Below, piece by piece: positions 10,316 to 20,062 of a stretch of DNA of 64,000 bases. Both the position numbers and the translations under genes were made by a program. Position 1 is the first letter of the stretch; every line of letters begins with the position of its first letter. The notes beneath the pieces are model-generated. The model did no database searches, had not been told where the DNA came from, and was given only the letters and a program-made list of their open reading frames with translations. This stretch comes from an uncultured Chloroflexia bacterium (lineage in GTDB: Bacteria > Chloroflexota > Limnocylindria > Limnocylindrales > CSP1-4): the NCBI GenBank assembly GCA_963813535.1, contig CAWEZH010000002.1, positions 224,001 through 288,000 of the forward strand. The letters are read 5' to 3'.

Positions 10316-11543
10316 GACAGGATCGTGCTCGTCAGCTGCGAGAGCGGCTCGGCCAGCGCGTTGATCAGGTTCGTCAGATCACGCTTGTCCGCGTCGGTCA
10401 GCTCGCTGTACGTCACGAACCCCTTCTGGAGATCGCCGTGCTTGGCGAGTCGCTCCTCAAGGGCTGAATAGCCATTATCGATGCGCTCGACGAGGTCGAC
10501 GCCGTCATCCCCCTGCGCCACCGCGAAGTCGCGGACGAGCGTGAATGCCATCTTCGAGCCCTCGACGTTGGCCGCGAAGTCCCACAGGTCCGTACCGGAC
10601 CACCAGTCCTCTTCGCCCGTGATCTTGCCGCTGGCAACCTCGTCGAGGAGGGCCATGGCGCCGTTGCTCAGCCAGTCGACGCCCTGGTCGTCGAGGTAGG
10701 TCGTGAAGTCCGCGGAGTGGACGTAGTCGTAGAGCTCGGTGACGTCGTCGACGAGCTGCTTCCCGAGATCGGCCCGCTGCTCGGGCGTCGATGGCTGCCA
10801 GTCCTGCCAGGCATCGGTCTCACCGTCTGCGTTGAGCGTGCCCTTGGCCGGCTCCCAGAGGTCCTTCTCGATCCGGTGGAAACCGGTCCACTCGAGGCCC
10901 TCGGCCTTGGCGTCGACCTCGCGATAGTCGATCCGCGGGTCGAGGTCGCCGAGCGCCTCCGCGACGGGCTCGATGCGCTCGTAGTGGGTGCGGACGTCGG
11001 GGAACTGGTCCTTGGCGGCCACGTCATCGCCGGCGACGTAGAGGTCGACGAACCCCTTGGTTGCCGGCACGAGCTCGGCGACCTGATCCTTGACGAACGC
11101 CGCGTAGGAACGGACCGCCTCCTGCTTGACCTCCGCGTCCGCGACCGGAGATGGCCACCCGCTCGCCCGTCACCGTGAAGGCGTTGCGTCCGACGCCGGC
11201 TCCGACCATCCCGGGCTTGCACAGGGTGACGTAGCTGCCGGGCTGCACCGTCGCGGTCAGTGTCCGGGACGTGCCGGGGGCGATGTTCTCGACCTCGCCG
11301 ATGATCCGCAGACCATCCTCGGCCATGAGATAGAACTCGGTCACCTGCGAGCCCCGGTTCGTCACATCGAACGCGACCGTTCCGCTTGCGGCTTCGTTCG
11401 ACTGCCACCTGGCAGGCGTCGTCCGTCGACGTGACGGCGATCGCGCCACCGGTGACCGCGGCGTTCGGGACGCATGCGGCGATGGCCAGTGTCGCTGCCG
11501 CGGCGATCAGGGCGGGGCGACGGGCAAGGCGGGCCGGGGTCAA
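10312..11543 (-). CDS. efeO: Iron uptake lipoprotein EfeO (cupredoxin plus M75 domains), two apparent +1 frameshifts (~11403, ~11144)
   Basis: Lipobox-like LAIAAC, VTEFY/GEVENI/CKPGM cupredoxin, YERIEPVAE, WTGFHRIEKDLW, KITGEED. Confidence 0.85.
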
Positions 11544-12470
11544 GACTCTCCTCGACTGATCGACGGGGTCGGGTTGACGATCGCCGGGCGTTGGGGTGCG
11601 CCGGCGCGATCGCGACGAAGGAAGATCGTCCCGACGACCACCAGGTAGGTCAGCCAGGCGATGACCTCGAGCCAGGACATCTCGCGGCGCCAGTCCGATC
11701 GTGCCCTTCAGCAGCGCGGCGAGCGCACTGTCCGGTGGGATGGCGTCGCCGATCTGGAAGGCCCAACCGAACGGGAAGCCGGCCAGCCCGACAGCGACGG
11801 TGCCGGTCACAGGATCGATCGGCGCCGCTGCGGTGAATGGCCCAGGCAGGACGCCCGCCTCCTGGAGGTCGTGGATGCCGTAGGCGAGGACACCTGCGGC
11901 GACGACGATCAGGCAGATGCTCGTGACCGTGAAGAACACACGGAGGTTGATGCGAACCATGCCGCGGTAGATGACGAACCCGAGCACGACGGCGACCAAC
12001 AGGCCGGCCAGCGCGCCGGCGAGGGCATCCGCTCCACCGCCGAGCGAGCGAACCATCGACCAGAGGAACAGTGCCGTTTCGACGCCCTCCCGGGCGACCG
12101 AGATGAAGCCGACCAGGACGACGCCCCACAGGCCGCCCGTCGCGAGCGCTCGGGCCATCCCCTGTTCGAGCTCGCCGCGCAGACCACGCGCGGCGCGCTG
12201 CATCCAGAAGACCATGCCGGTGACCAGCGCGACCGCGAGGATCGACAGGGACCCGCCGATGATCTCCTGTGCTTCGAAGCTCAGCGTGTACGCGCCAAAG
12301 GTCAGGACGAACCCGAAACCGAGCGACAAGCCGATGGCGAGGCCGATGCCCAGCCACAGGCGGGGCAGGACGTCACGTCGCTCGGAACGGACGAGGAACG
12401 CGACGAGGATCCCGACGACCAATGCGGCCTCGAGACCCTCGCGCAGGCCGATGACGAAGGTGGCGAGCAC
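11540..12470 (-). CDS. efeU: FTR1-family iron permease EfeU, apparent +1 frameshift near 11685
   Basis: Two REGxE motifs (LREGLEA, AREGVET); C-terminal helix EMSWLEVIAWLTYLVVVG in the shifted frame. Confidence 0.88.
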
Positions 12471-12613
12471 GGGAAGACGGCGACCTTTCGCTAGGGTACT
12501 TGCGTATCGGACGCAAGGTACCTTGTCTCACGAGAATAGGTCAACCTGAGGGTGAACCCGACGAATGCAGCGTTTCTCCGTCGAGTGCTACGGTGGCATC
12601 GAGCGATGGAACG

Positions 12614-12967
12614 ATGACGGTGGAGAAGCCCGATCAGGTCGATCTCGGGGTGCCGCCCAGCGGCCCGGGCTGCGTCGATTGCGATGCGACGGGCGGCTGG
12701 TGGTTCCACCTCCGACGCTGCGCTCATTGCGGCCACGTCGGCTGTTGCGACTCGTCCCCGTCGCAGCACGCCAGCAACCACGCCCTCGATGCGCAGCACC
12801 CGATCGTCCAGAGCTTCGAACCCGGCGAGGACTGGTTCTGGGACTACGCCGGCGAGCAGTACGTGGATGGACCGGCGCTCGCGCCGCCCCACCACCACCC
12901 GCTGGACCAGCCCACGCCTGGACCGGCAGGTCGCGTCCCGCCCGACTGGCAGGAGCGTCTGAACTGA
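12614..12967 (+). CDS. UBP-type zinc finger protein
   Basis: CxxC...WFHLRRCAHCGHVGCCDSSPSQHA...SFEPGEDWFW. Confidence 0.9.
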   Translation: MTVEKPDQVDLGVPPSGPGCVDCDATGGWWFHLRRCAHCGHVGCCDSSPSQHASNHALDAQHPIVQSFEPGEDWFWDYAGEQYVDGPALAPPHHHPLDQPTPGPAGRVPPDWQERLN

Positions 12968-13344
12968 TGGCGGTGGATCAGCCCCGTTCGTCGGCCGCGC
13001 TGGGGCTCGAGCCGATCCGCACGATCGATCGCGACGAGCTCAAGGCGAAGCTCGATCGGGGCGAGGCGTTCAAGCTGATCATGGCCCTCAACCGGTGGGC
13101 GTACGACGCCAAGCACATCCCGGGCTCGCTCCACTTCGACACGCCCGAGGCGCTGTACGCGGCCGTCTCGCCCGAGGACGAGGTCGTCGTGTATTGCTCG
13201 AACGTCGACTGCCTGTCGAGCGTGGCCATGTACCGGGACCTCGTGCGACGGGGATACGCGAACGTGCGACGCTACTCGGGCGGTCTGGTCGATTGGGAGG
13301 AGGCCGGGCTGCCGCTCGAGGGTGAGATGGTGGGTGCGACGTGA
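12967..13344 (+). CDS. Rhodanese-like domain protein
   Basis: HIPGS, VVVYC, YSGGLVDWEEAGLP. Confidence 0.85.
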   Translation: MAVDQPRSSAALGLEPIRTIDRDELKAKLDRGEAFKLIMALNRWAYDAKHIPGSLHFDTPEALYAAVSPEDEVVVYCSNVDCLSSVAMYRDLVRRGYANVRRYSGGLVDWEEAGLPLEGEMVGAT

Positions 13345-13847
13345 ACGAGGAACGGGCGCCGACGACGGCCGGGGCCGAAACGATCGACCATCCCTATGCC
13401 ACCGACCTCGATGCGGAGCGGCGCGGATGGTACGAGGTCCTCGAGCTGGTGCGGTCGCTCACGCCCGACGAGTGCCTCGAACCGGGTTACCAGCGCGACC
13501 CCGACTGGACGGTCCGTGACGTCGTCGCGCACCTGGGCACGTGGCTCGCCGAGGCCCAGCTCCAATTCGAGCGGATGAGCGCGGGCACGTACGAGGGGCA
13601 CGAGATCGATATCGACGCGCTCAACGCCGAGCTGCTGCACGCGATGGTCGGGCAGCCGTGGGACGTCGCCTGGGTGCAGGCCAACGCGGGTCGGACGCGG
13701 ATGATCGAGGAGTGGTGGCTCCTGCGCGAACCGAGCGATGAAGCCGCCTGGTGGATCCGGAAGGCCGCGTGCGACCACTACACGGAGCACCTCGGGCGCT
13801 TGCGCGAATGGCGCGACGAGCTCGTAGCGCGGCGAGGTCAGGCGTAG
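13341..13847 (+). CDS. DinB / mycothiol maleylpyruvate isomerase N-terminal superfamily protein
   Basis: WTVRDVVAHL...HYTEH metal-binding His pattern. Confidence 0.75.
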   Translation: MNEERAPTTAGAETIDHPYATDLDAERRGWYEVLELVRSLTPDECLEPGYQRDPDWTVRDVVAHLGTWLAEAQLQFERMSAGTYEGHEIDIDALNAELLHAMVGQPWDVAWVQANAGRTRMIEEWWLLREPSDEAAWWIRKAACDHYTEHLGRLREWRDELVARRGQA

Positions 13848-13884
13848 GGCGTCGCCCGTCGAACGGGGCTCGCTAGGCGTGAGC

Positions 13885-14259
13885 CTAGCCCTGCTCCGCT
13901 CCCGTCGAGCCCGCGCTCTCGTCCGCGCCCTCGACGTCGACAGGAGCCGGCGCGAGCTCGACCCGGCTCAGGTGACTCGCCTCGACGATCGTCGGCTTGC
14001 CGTCGCGATCCTTCCATCGCGTCTGCACCTGGACCTCGTCGGTCTCGCCGACGAGCCGCAGGACGACCACGTAGCTCGAACCGCCGAGCTCGACCGACTC
14101 GATCGTCGCCTCTTTCGAGGGCAGTGGCAGCAGCGAGATCACCTCGCCGAGGTTGCGCCTGAGCTCGGCACTGACGTCCTGGGTCGCGCGATCGACGTCC
14201 CCGGCGACGATCGCCTCGCACATGGCGCGGGCGTGCTGTCGAACGGTCTGCTCATCCAT
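13885..14259 (-). CDS. Hypothetical protein (NTF2/SnoaL-like)
   Basis: Clean ORF with TATCCT -10 six nt upstream; fold is a guess. Confidence 0.6.
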   Translation of the reverse strand: MDEQTVRQHARAMCEAIVAGDVDRATQDVSAELRRNLGEVISLLPLPSKEATIESVELGGSSYVVVLRLVGETDEVQVQTRWKDRDGKPTIVEASHLSRVELAPAPVDVEGADESAGSTGAEQG

Positions 14260-14331
14260 GTCAGCAGGATAGTGCTCCGTCGAGTGCTACACGACCCTCT
14301 GCGCCCGCGGCCGAGCGAGCGGCGCTCTGGT

Positions 14332-15414
14332 CTAGCGCCGAATACGCAGCAATCGACCGCCCGTGAACATGCCGTCGGTCACGAAGAGCTCGCCACCGCG
14401 GCCGACCACGATGCCGCCCGGCTGCGACAGCTTGCCCTTCACCAGCTCACGGCGCGCCTTGCCGGGCCGCACCTCGAGCAGGACCGCCTTCGGGAAGACG
14501 CCACCGGGCGCGAAGCCGGCTTCGAATGCGAGCCAGCCGCCGCGGGCGATCTGATAGACGTAGAGGGTCCCGTTCCGCGGGTCGAACGCGAGATCCATGA
14601 TCGACGTGAAGCCCGACTTCCAGACCCGGCACGCCTTGGTCTTGTGTGTCACATCGCACACAGCGTCATGGGCGTTCGGGTTCACCCGCCAGACATGGGC
14701 CGAACCAGGTCGACCCGGGAAGCCGACCAGTTGGCCGACATACGCCCATCCGTCCTTGGCGATGGCGATGCTCGTCGGGACAGCCTCGGCTGGGAGGCGC
14801 TTCGGTAGGGTCGGGTCTCCGACTTTGTCGGTCCGCACGAGTTGCGTCTTCCAGCGCGCAACGGTCCATGCGGTGCCGTCGGGCTTGACTCGGATGATGT
14901 CGTTGCCAGCCGCGTCGGCGAGCAGGACATCGTTCGACTTGAGCGCGGCCAGGCCGAAGGGATTGGTCTCGGCCGGGTCCTGCGGGGCAACGTTGTGGGG
15001 GTCGGGGTCCGCGGCCTGGTACGTATGCATGTTCAGGATCGGGCTGATCGTCCCGTCCGGTGCCTGACGATACAGGATCCCGTCGCCGCCGATCGCCCAA
15101 CCGGCACCGTCCGGAGTGACGGCCACGTCGACGATGTTCACCGGGTCGGTGATGGGCGTGACCGTGCCCTTGTGAGCGCCGCGGAACACGTATTCCAGGG
15201 CTGGTGCGGGGGGTGGGCCGTAGGCGCCCTGTCCGATCGCCAGGGAGTTGCGCGTCAGGAGCGCCAATCCTTTCGGCGACGACAGGCCGTCGCGAATGAC
15301 CCGTGCACTGCCTCGTCGATCGTCGTCGTCGGCCGCGACAGGTGACGCCACCGACAGGAACGTGGCTCCGATGATGAGCGCGGCCCCTATCAGGCTGCCC
15401 ACTCGACGCTGCAT
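14332..15414 (-). CDS. ScyD/ScyE-family secreted beta-propeller protein
   Basis: Signal peptide; NPFGL, ADAAGND, EAVPTSIA, YVGQLVGFP motifs; GAGGAGG RBS. Confidence 0.85.
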   Translation of the reverse strand: MQRRVGSLIGAALIIGATFLSVASPVAADDDDRRGSARVIRDGLSSPKGLALLTRNSLAIGQGAYGPPPAPALEYVFRGAHKGTVTPITDPVNIVDVAVTPDGAGWAIGGDGILYRQAPDGTISPILNMHTYQAADPDPHNVAPQDPAETNPFGLAALKSNDVLLADAAGNDIIRVKPDGTAWTVARWKTQLVRTDKVGDPTLPKRLPAEAVPTSIAIAKDGWAYVGQLVGFPGRPGSAHVWRVNPNAHDAVCDVTHKTKACRVWKSGFTSIMDLAFDPRNGTLYVYQIARGGWLAFEAGFAPGGVFPKAVLLEVRPGKARRELVKGKLSQPGGIVVGRGGELFVTDGMFTGGRLLRIRR

Positions 15415-15526
15415 AGCGATCCCTCCTCTTGCGCCCCCTCGGGCGCCGGGGGGAGTCTAGGCCTCGACCGTCGCGCGGGCGTTTCGAGCACCGCTCGAGG
15501 CCACTGCGAGACTGCTCAGGCCCGTG

Positions 15527-16696
15527 CTACCCGCGCGCCGCCTGGAACGCGCGCAGACCCGATTCGACCATCTCGTCGCTCGCGGTGAGCGAGATCCGGA
15601 ACCAACCCGGTAGCTCGACGATCGTCCCCGGCAGCACGAGCGCGCCCAGTTCGGCGAGCCGCCTCGTGAACGCCATGTCGTCCGGGTCGGGCGAGCGGAT
15701 CATGCAGTAGAACGTCCCCTCCGGATTCGTGACCTCGTAGCCCATCTCGCGCAGCGCCGGGACCATCCGATCCCGGCGGGCCTCGAGCGCGCCGATATCG
15801 ATCGATAGCCCTTCGAGGTCGCCGATCGCGTGCTGGAGTACCGCATTCGGGAAGCCCCACCCGGAGGCCAGCTGCTGGACGAAGATGCGGTAGTTGACGG
15901 CCTCGCGATCGGGGAAATCCGGGTGCAGCGCGGCGTACCCGATCCGCTGGCCCGGTGCGAGCAAGGTCTTGCCGTACGTGTAGATCGTGACGGTCGCGTC
16001 GTAGTCGATCGCCGGGCTATGGAACTCGATCCCGTCGAACAGGATCCGGTTGTACGACTCGTCGGACAGCAGCACGATCGGACGACCGTTGCGCCCGGAG
16101 GCCGTGCGCAGCACATCGGCGAGAGCGGCCAGCTCGGGCTGGCGGTAGACCCGACCCGTCGGGTTGTGCGGGCTGTTGACGATGATCGCGCGGGTTCGCG
16201 GGGTGATGGCTGCCGCGATCGCGTCGGGATCGAGATCGAACGCGGGCGCCGACAGCCGGACGCGCACCGGGGTCGCACCGGACGACGTGATCATGAGCTC
16301 GTAGAAGAACCAGGGCGGCGACAGGAAGATGACCTCGTCGCCCTCGTCGCACAGCGCCCGGATCGTGACGCCCAGCGCGCCGAACGCCCCGGCGGTCATC
16401 GCGACGTCCTCCGCGCGGAACGGGATCCCCGTGCGCCCCCGGAGCGACCCGACCACGACTTCGCGAGGCTCAGCTTCGCTGAACTTGTAGGCGAACCAGT
16501 CCTTGTCCCGCGGTGTCGCGGCCCGCTGGAGCGCCGTCACGAGACCGGGCAGCGGCAGCTCCTGAGGGTTGCCGAACGTGAAGTCCGCGATGCCCGGGTC
16601 GAGCTTGTGGCGCTCCCAGTCCCCGCCTGTCATCCAGCCGAACACCGGCGCGACGCTGGCCACCATGCGGTCGATTCGCGGCTCGGCGACCGTCAT
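15527..16696 (-). CDS. PLP-dependent aminotransferase class I/II
   Basis: NSPHNPTG, DESY, TYGKTLLAPGQRIGY. Confidence 0.9.
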   Translation of the reverse strand: MTVAEPRIDRMVASVAPVFGWMTGGDWERHKLDPGIADFTFGNPQELPLPGLVTALQRAATPRDKDWFAYKFSEAEPREVVVGSLRGRTGIPFRAEDVAMTAGAFGALGVTIRALCDEGDEVIFLSPPWFFYELMITSSGATPVRVRLSAPAFDLDPDAIAAAITPRTRAIIVNSPHNPTGRVYRQPELAALADVLRTASGRNGRPIVLLSDESYNRILFDGIEFHSPAIDYDATVTIYTYGKTLLAPGQRIGYAALHPDFPDREAVNYRIFVQQLASGWGFPNAVLQHAIGDLEGLSIDIGALEARRDRMVPALREMGYEVTNPEGTFYCMIRSPDPDDMAFTRRLAELGALVLPGTIVELPGWFRISLTASDEMVESGLRAFQAARG

Positions 16697-17274
16697 AGCG
16701 TGCCCTCCCCATCGGCGGGGACATATTCGAGCAGGACGCTCCCGTTCGGGAACGTCCGCGTGCCGGTCAAGCGCAAGCTGAGCGGCGCATCCAGCGACGC
16801 GAACAACGATTTGCCCTTGCCGAGCGCCATCGGCGCGATAAGGAATCGGTAGTCATCGATCAGGCCGGCCTGGGTCAGGTCGGCAAGGAACTCGGCGCCG
16901 GTGCCGAGCCCGATATCGGGTCCGTCACCGGCCTTCATCGTGCGGACCGCCTCGACGGCATCGCCCTCGATGAGCTCGGCGTTCTCGCGCAGGGCGGGCG
17001 AACCGCGCGAGACCACGTGCTTCGGCGTTTGCTTCCAGATCCGCGCGAACTCGCGCTCGACCTCGGACACGCCTGGGTCGTTGACATCGACATCGTCCCA
17101 GTACGTCATGACGTCATACATGCCGCGGGTCATCACGAGGTCACCCGCGTCGTCCATCACGTGGTTCGCGTAGCGGTGCCCTTCCTCGTCGGGCTCGAAG
17201 CCATCGAGGCCGCCATCGGGGTCGGCGTACATGCCGTCTGCGCTGAGGATGATGAAGTAGGTGACGCGTCGCAT
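16693..17274 (-). CDS. Dihydrofolate reductase (RibD C-terminal) family protein
   Basis: SADGMYAD, GLIDDYRFLIAPMALGKGKSLF. Confidence 0.85.
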   Translation of the reverse strand: MRRVTYFIILSADGMYADPDGGLDGFEPDEEGHRYANHVMDDAGDLVMTRGMYDVMTYWDDVDVNDPGVSEVEREFARIWKQTPKHVVSRGSPALRENAELIEGDAVEAVRTMKAGDGPDIGLGTGAEFLADLTQAGLIDDYRFLIAPMALGKGKSLFASLDAPLSLRLTGTRTFPNGSVLLEYVPADGEGTL

Positions 17275-17321
17275 CCGGATAGGGTAGCCGCGCGCCGTCG
17301 GTAGGTGAGTTCGCGCTACGT

Positions 17322-19397
17322 GTGGACGCCCATACTGGCCCTGTGCCCCGTCCCGACCCAGAGCGACTCCTCGATGACCTGAACGACGCCCAGCGCGAGG
17401 CCGTCCTCGCAACGTCCGGTCCAGTCGCGATCCTCGCGGGGGCGGGCACGGGCAAGACGCGGGTCATCAGCCGACGCACCGCGTACGCGATCGCGACGGA
17501 CGTCGTCGAACCGGACGAAGCCCTCGTCGTGACGTTCACCGACAAGGCCGCGACCGAGATGGTCGAGCGCCTGCGTGCACTCGGTCTGCCGGGCGTCACG
17601 GCGCGGACGTTCCATGCCCACGCTCTCAGCCAGCTCCGCCACTTCTGGCCGCTCTCTCACGGCGGCGACGCGCTGCCGGCCATCCTCGACTCGAAGATCC
17701 CGCTATTGGTGCCGCTGGCCCGGGCATTGCCGGGCCACTATCGGTTCACCCCGGCAAAGGACCTGGCCGACGAGATCGAGTGGGCCAAGAGTCGTCGACT
17801 GACACCGACCACGTACGAGCGCGCCGTCGCCGGTAGCCCGACGACGCCCTCGCGCGAGCCGCCGATCCCGGTCGACCTGTTCGTCCGGCTGTTCGCCGGC
17901 TACGAGCGCGCGAAGGCGCGCGCCGGACGGATCGACTTCGACGATCTCCTCGTCGAGACGATCGAGCTACTCGAAGGGGATGCGGACGCGGCCTCGACGA
18001 TCCGCGCCCGGAAGCGCTGGTTCAGCGTCGACGAGTACCAGGACACGAACCCGAACCAGCAGCGGCTGCTCGAGCTCTGGCTCGGCGACCGCAAGGACGT
18101 GTGCGTCGTCGGCGACGAGGACCAGACCATCTACACGTTCACCGGCGCGACGAGCGCGTTCCTGACCGGGTTCGCCGGCTGGTTGCCCGATGCGCGGGTC
18201 GTGACGCTGGCCGACAACTACCGGTCGTCGCCGGAAGTGCTCGAGCTGGCCAACCGATTGCTCGCCTCGAGCGGTCGCTCCAAGCGGCTCGCCGCGACAT
18301 GCCCGACCGGGCCGGAGCCGACGGTCGTCCGGCACGGGACCGAATCCGCTGAGCTGGCCGCGCTGGCGCTCTGGATCAGAGGGCTGATCGGGGAGGGGAT
18401 CGCGCCGTCCGAGATCGCCGTCCTGGTCCGGATGAATGCCCAGCTCGCGCCGATCGAAGCGGCACTCACACGGGCAGGCATCGCGTACCAGGTGCGCGGC
18501 ATCCACTTCTTCGAGCGCGCAGACGTCAAGGGCGCGATCGATCTCGTGCGCAACGGCAAGATCGAGTCCACCGGGACGGCTCTGTCGCGCTCGGTCCGGT
18601 CGCTGTGGGCCACGCACCTCGGCTATGACGACGACGCCGTGGCAGGGCACGCGGGCGAGGAGGCCCGCGAGCGGACCGCTGCGCTCGACACGTTGCTCGA
18701 CATCCTGGCCACGCTGTCCCGCTCCGATGCCGGCGTCGACGCGACGGGGTACCTCGCCGAGCTCGACCGGCGGCGTGCCGCGGAGCGTGCAGGCTCCGCC
18801 GATGGCGTCAACCTGCTCACCTATCACCGCGCCAAGGGCCTCGAGTGGGACGCGGTCGCCCTGCCGGCCGTCGAGGAGGGCATCCTGCCGATCCGGCAGG
18901 CGGTCGATGACGACGAGCTCATGGCCGAGGAGCTGCGCCTGCTGTACGTGGGAATCACACGGGCTCGACGCCACCTCTCGATCTCGTGGGCGGCCGAGCG
19001 CGAGACGCGCGGGCGCACGACCCGCCGCGAGCCAAGCCGGTTCCTCGCCGACCTGCGACCGCGGCCCCTCGATGGGCAGGCCCGGATCACGCAGCTCCCC
19101 GACCAATTCGCCGTGGACCAGGGCGCCCGTCGCGCGGCATCGGCTGCCCGCGACGCGTCCGGGTACAGCGTCGCCGACGACGACCCCCTCTATGCCGCGC
19201 TCCGCGAATGGCGCACGATCCGCGCGCGGGAGGACGGCGTTCCTGCCTATATCGTCTTCCACGACCAGACGCTCGCCGCGATCGCCGAGTTGAAGCCGCC
19301 GTCCGCCGCGGCGCTTCGACGCGTCAAGGGGGTCGGCCCGGCCAAGATCGAGGCCTACGGCGACGAGGTGCTGGCGCTCATCAGCCGGCTTCGCTGA
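17322..19397 (+). CDS. uvrD2: ATP-dependent DNA helicase UvrD2 with HRDC domain
   Basis: AGAGTGKT, VDEYQD, NYRS, TYHRAKGLEW, YVGITRA, C-terminal HRDC (VPAYIVFHDQTL). Confidence 0.9.
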   Translation: MDAHTGPVPRPDPERLLDDLNDAQREAVLATSGPVAILAGAGTGKTRVISRRTAYAIATDVVEPDEALVVTFTDKAATEMVERLRALGLPGVTARTFHAHALSQLRHFWPLSHGGDALPAILDSKIPLLVPLARALPGHYRFTPAKDLADEIEWAKSRRLTPTTYERAVAGSPTTPSREPPIPVDLFVRLFAGYERAKARAGRIDFDDLLVETIELLEGDADAASTIRARKRWFSVDEYQDTNPNQQRLLELWLGDRKDVCVVGDEDQTIYTFTGATSAFLTGFAGWLPDARVVTLADNYRSSPEVLELANRLLASSGRSKRLAATCPTGPEPTVVRHGTESAELAALALWIRGLIGEGIAPSEIAVLVRMNAQLAPIEAALTRAGIAYQVRGIHFFERADVKGAIDLVRNGKIESTGTALSRSVRSLWATHLGYDDDAVAGHAGEEARERTAALDTLLDILATLSRSDAGVDATGYLAELDRRRAAERAGSADGVNLLTYHRAKGLEWDAVALPAVEEGILPIRQAVDDDELMAEELRLLYVGITRARRHLSISWAAERETRGRTTRREPSRFLADLRPRPLDGQARITQLPDQFAVDQGARRAASAARDASGYSVADDDPLYAALREWRTIRAREDGVPAYIVFHDQTLAAIAELKPPSAAALRRVKGVGPAKIEAYGDEVLALISRLR

Positions 19398-19414
19398 GAC
19401 TGGACGGAGCAACC

Positions 19415-20038
19415 ATGACCGACGAGCACCAGCACGAGCACGACCACGACGGCGGCGATGAGCACCATCACCACGAGCATCGCCCGATGTCGTATGAGGA
19501 GGCGGTCGAGGAGTTCCGCTCCGACAAGGACGAGTTCTTCCGTTCGAACCCGAACAGCCCGATCCCGGAAGGGGAGCGCGCCGGCTTCACCGGCTTGCCC
19601 TATTACCCCGTCAGCACCGCACTCCGGTTCGACGACCTGCCGCTCGAGCCGTACACCGGCGGTGAGCCGTCGGACTTCCAGATCCCGACCTCGGACGGTC
19701 GACTCCGTCCGGCGCATCGGGCCGGCGTGCTGCGGTTCGATGCCGACGGTGAGTCGCGTCAGTTGACGGCATACACGTTCGACGGCGGGGACGGTCAGTC
19801 ACTGTTCGTGCCGTTCCTGGATCAGACGAGCGGCCGCGAGACCTACGGCGCCGGGCGCTATCTCGACCTGGAGCCCGAGGACGACGGCACGTACTCGCTC
19901 GACTTCAACCTCGCCTACCACCCGTCGTGCGTGTACGACCCGAAATTCTCGTGTCCGCTGACGCCCGCCGAGAACCGCCTGCCGATCCGTGTCGAGGCCG
20001 GTGAACGATTGCCGCCGGAGCCTGCTGCGGCCGGATAG
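19415..20038 (+). CDS. DUF1684 family protein with His-rich N-terminus
   Basis: FVPFLDQTSGRETYGAGRYLD, DFNLAYHPSC. Confidence 0.88.
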   Translation: MTDEHQHEHDHDGGDEHHHHEHRPMSYEEAVEEFRSDKDEFFRSNPNSPIPEGERAGFTGLPYYPVSTALRFDDLPLEPYTGGEPSDFQIPTSDGRLRPAHRAGVLRFDADGESRQLTAYTFDGGDGQSLFVPFLDQTSGRETYGAGRYLDLEPEDDGTYSLDFNLAYHPSCVYDPKFSCPLTPAENRLPIRVEAGERLPPEPAAAG

Positions 20039-20062
20039 CGCTGCGCGTTCCGCTCTGCGGGA

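Noticed and set aside
10668-12470. 600-aa EfeU-EfeO fusion shown in the ORF track
   Set aside because: Artefact of the frameshift near 11685; efeO has its own RBS and TTG start at 11543
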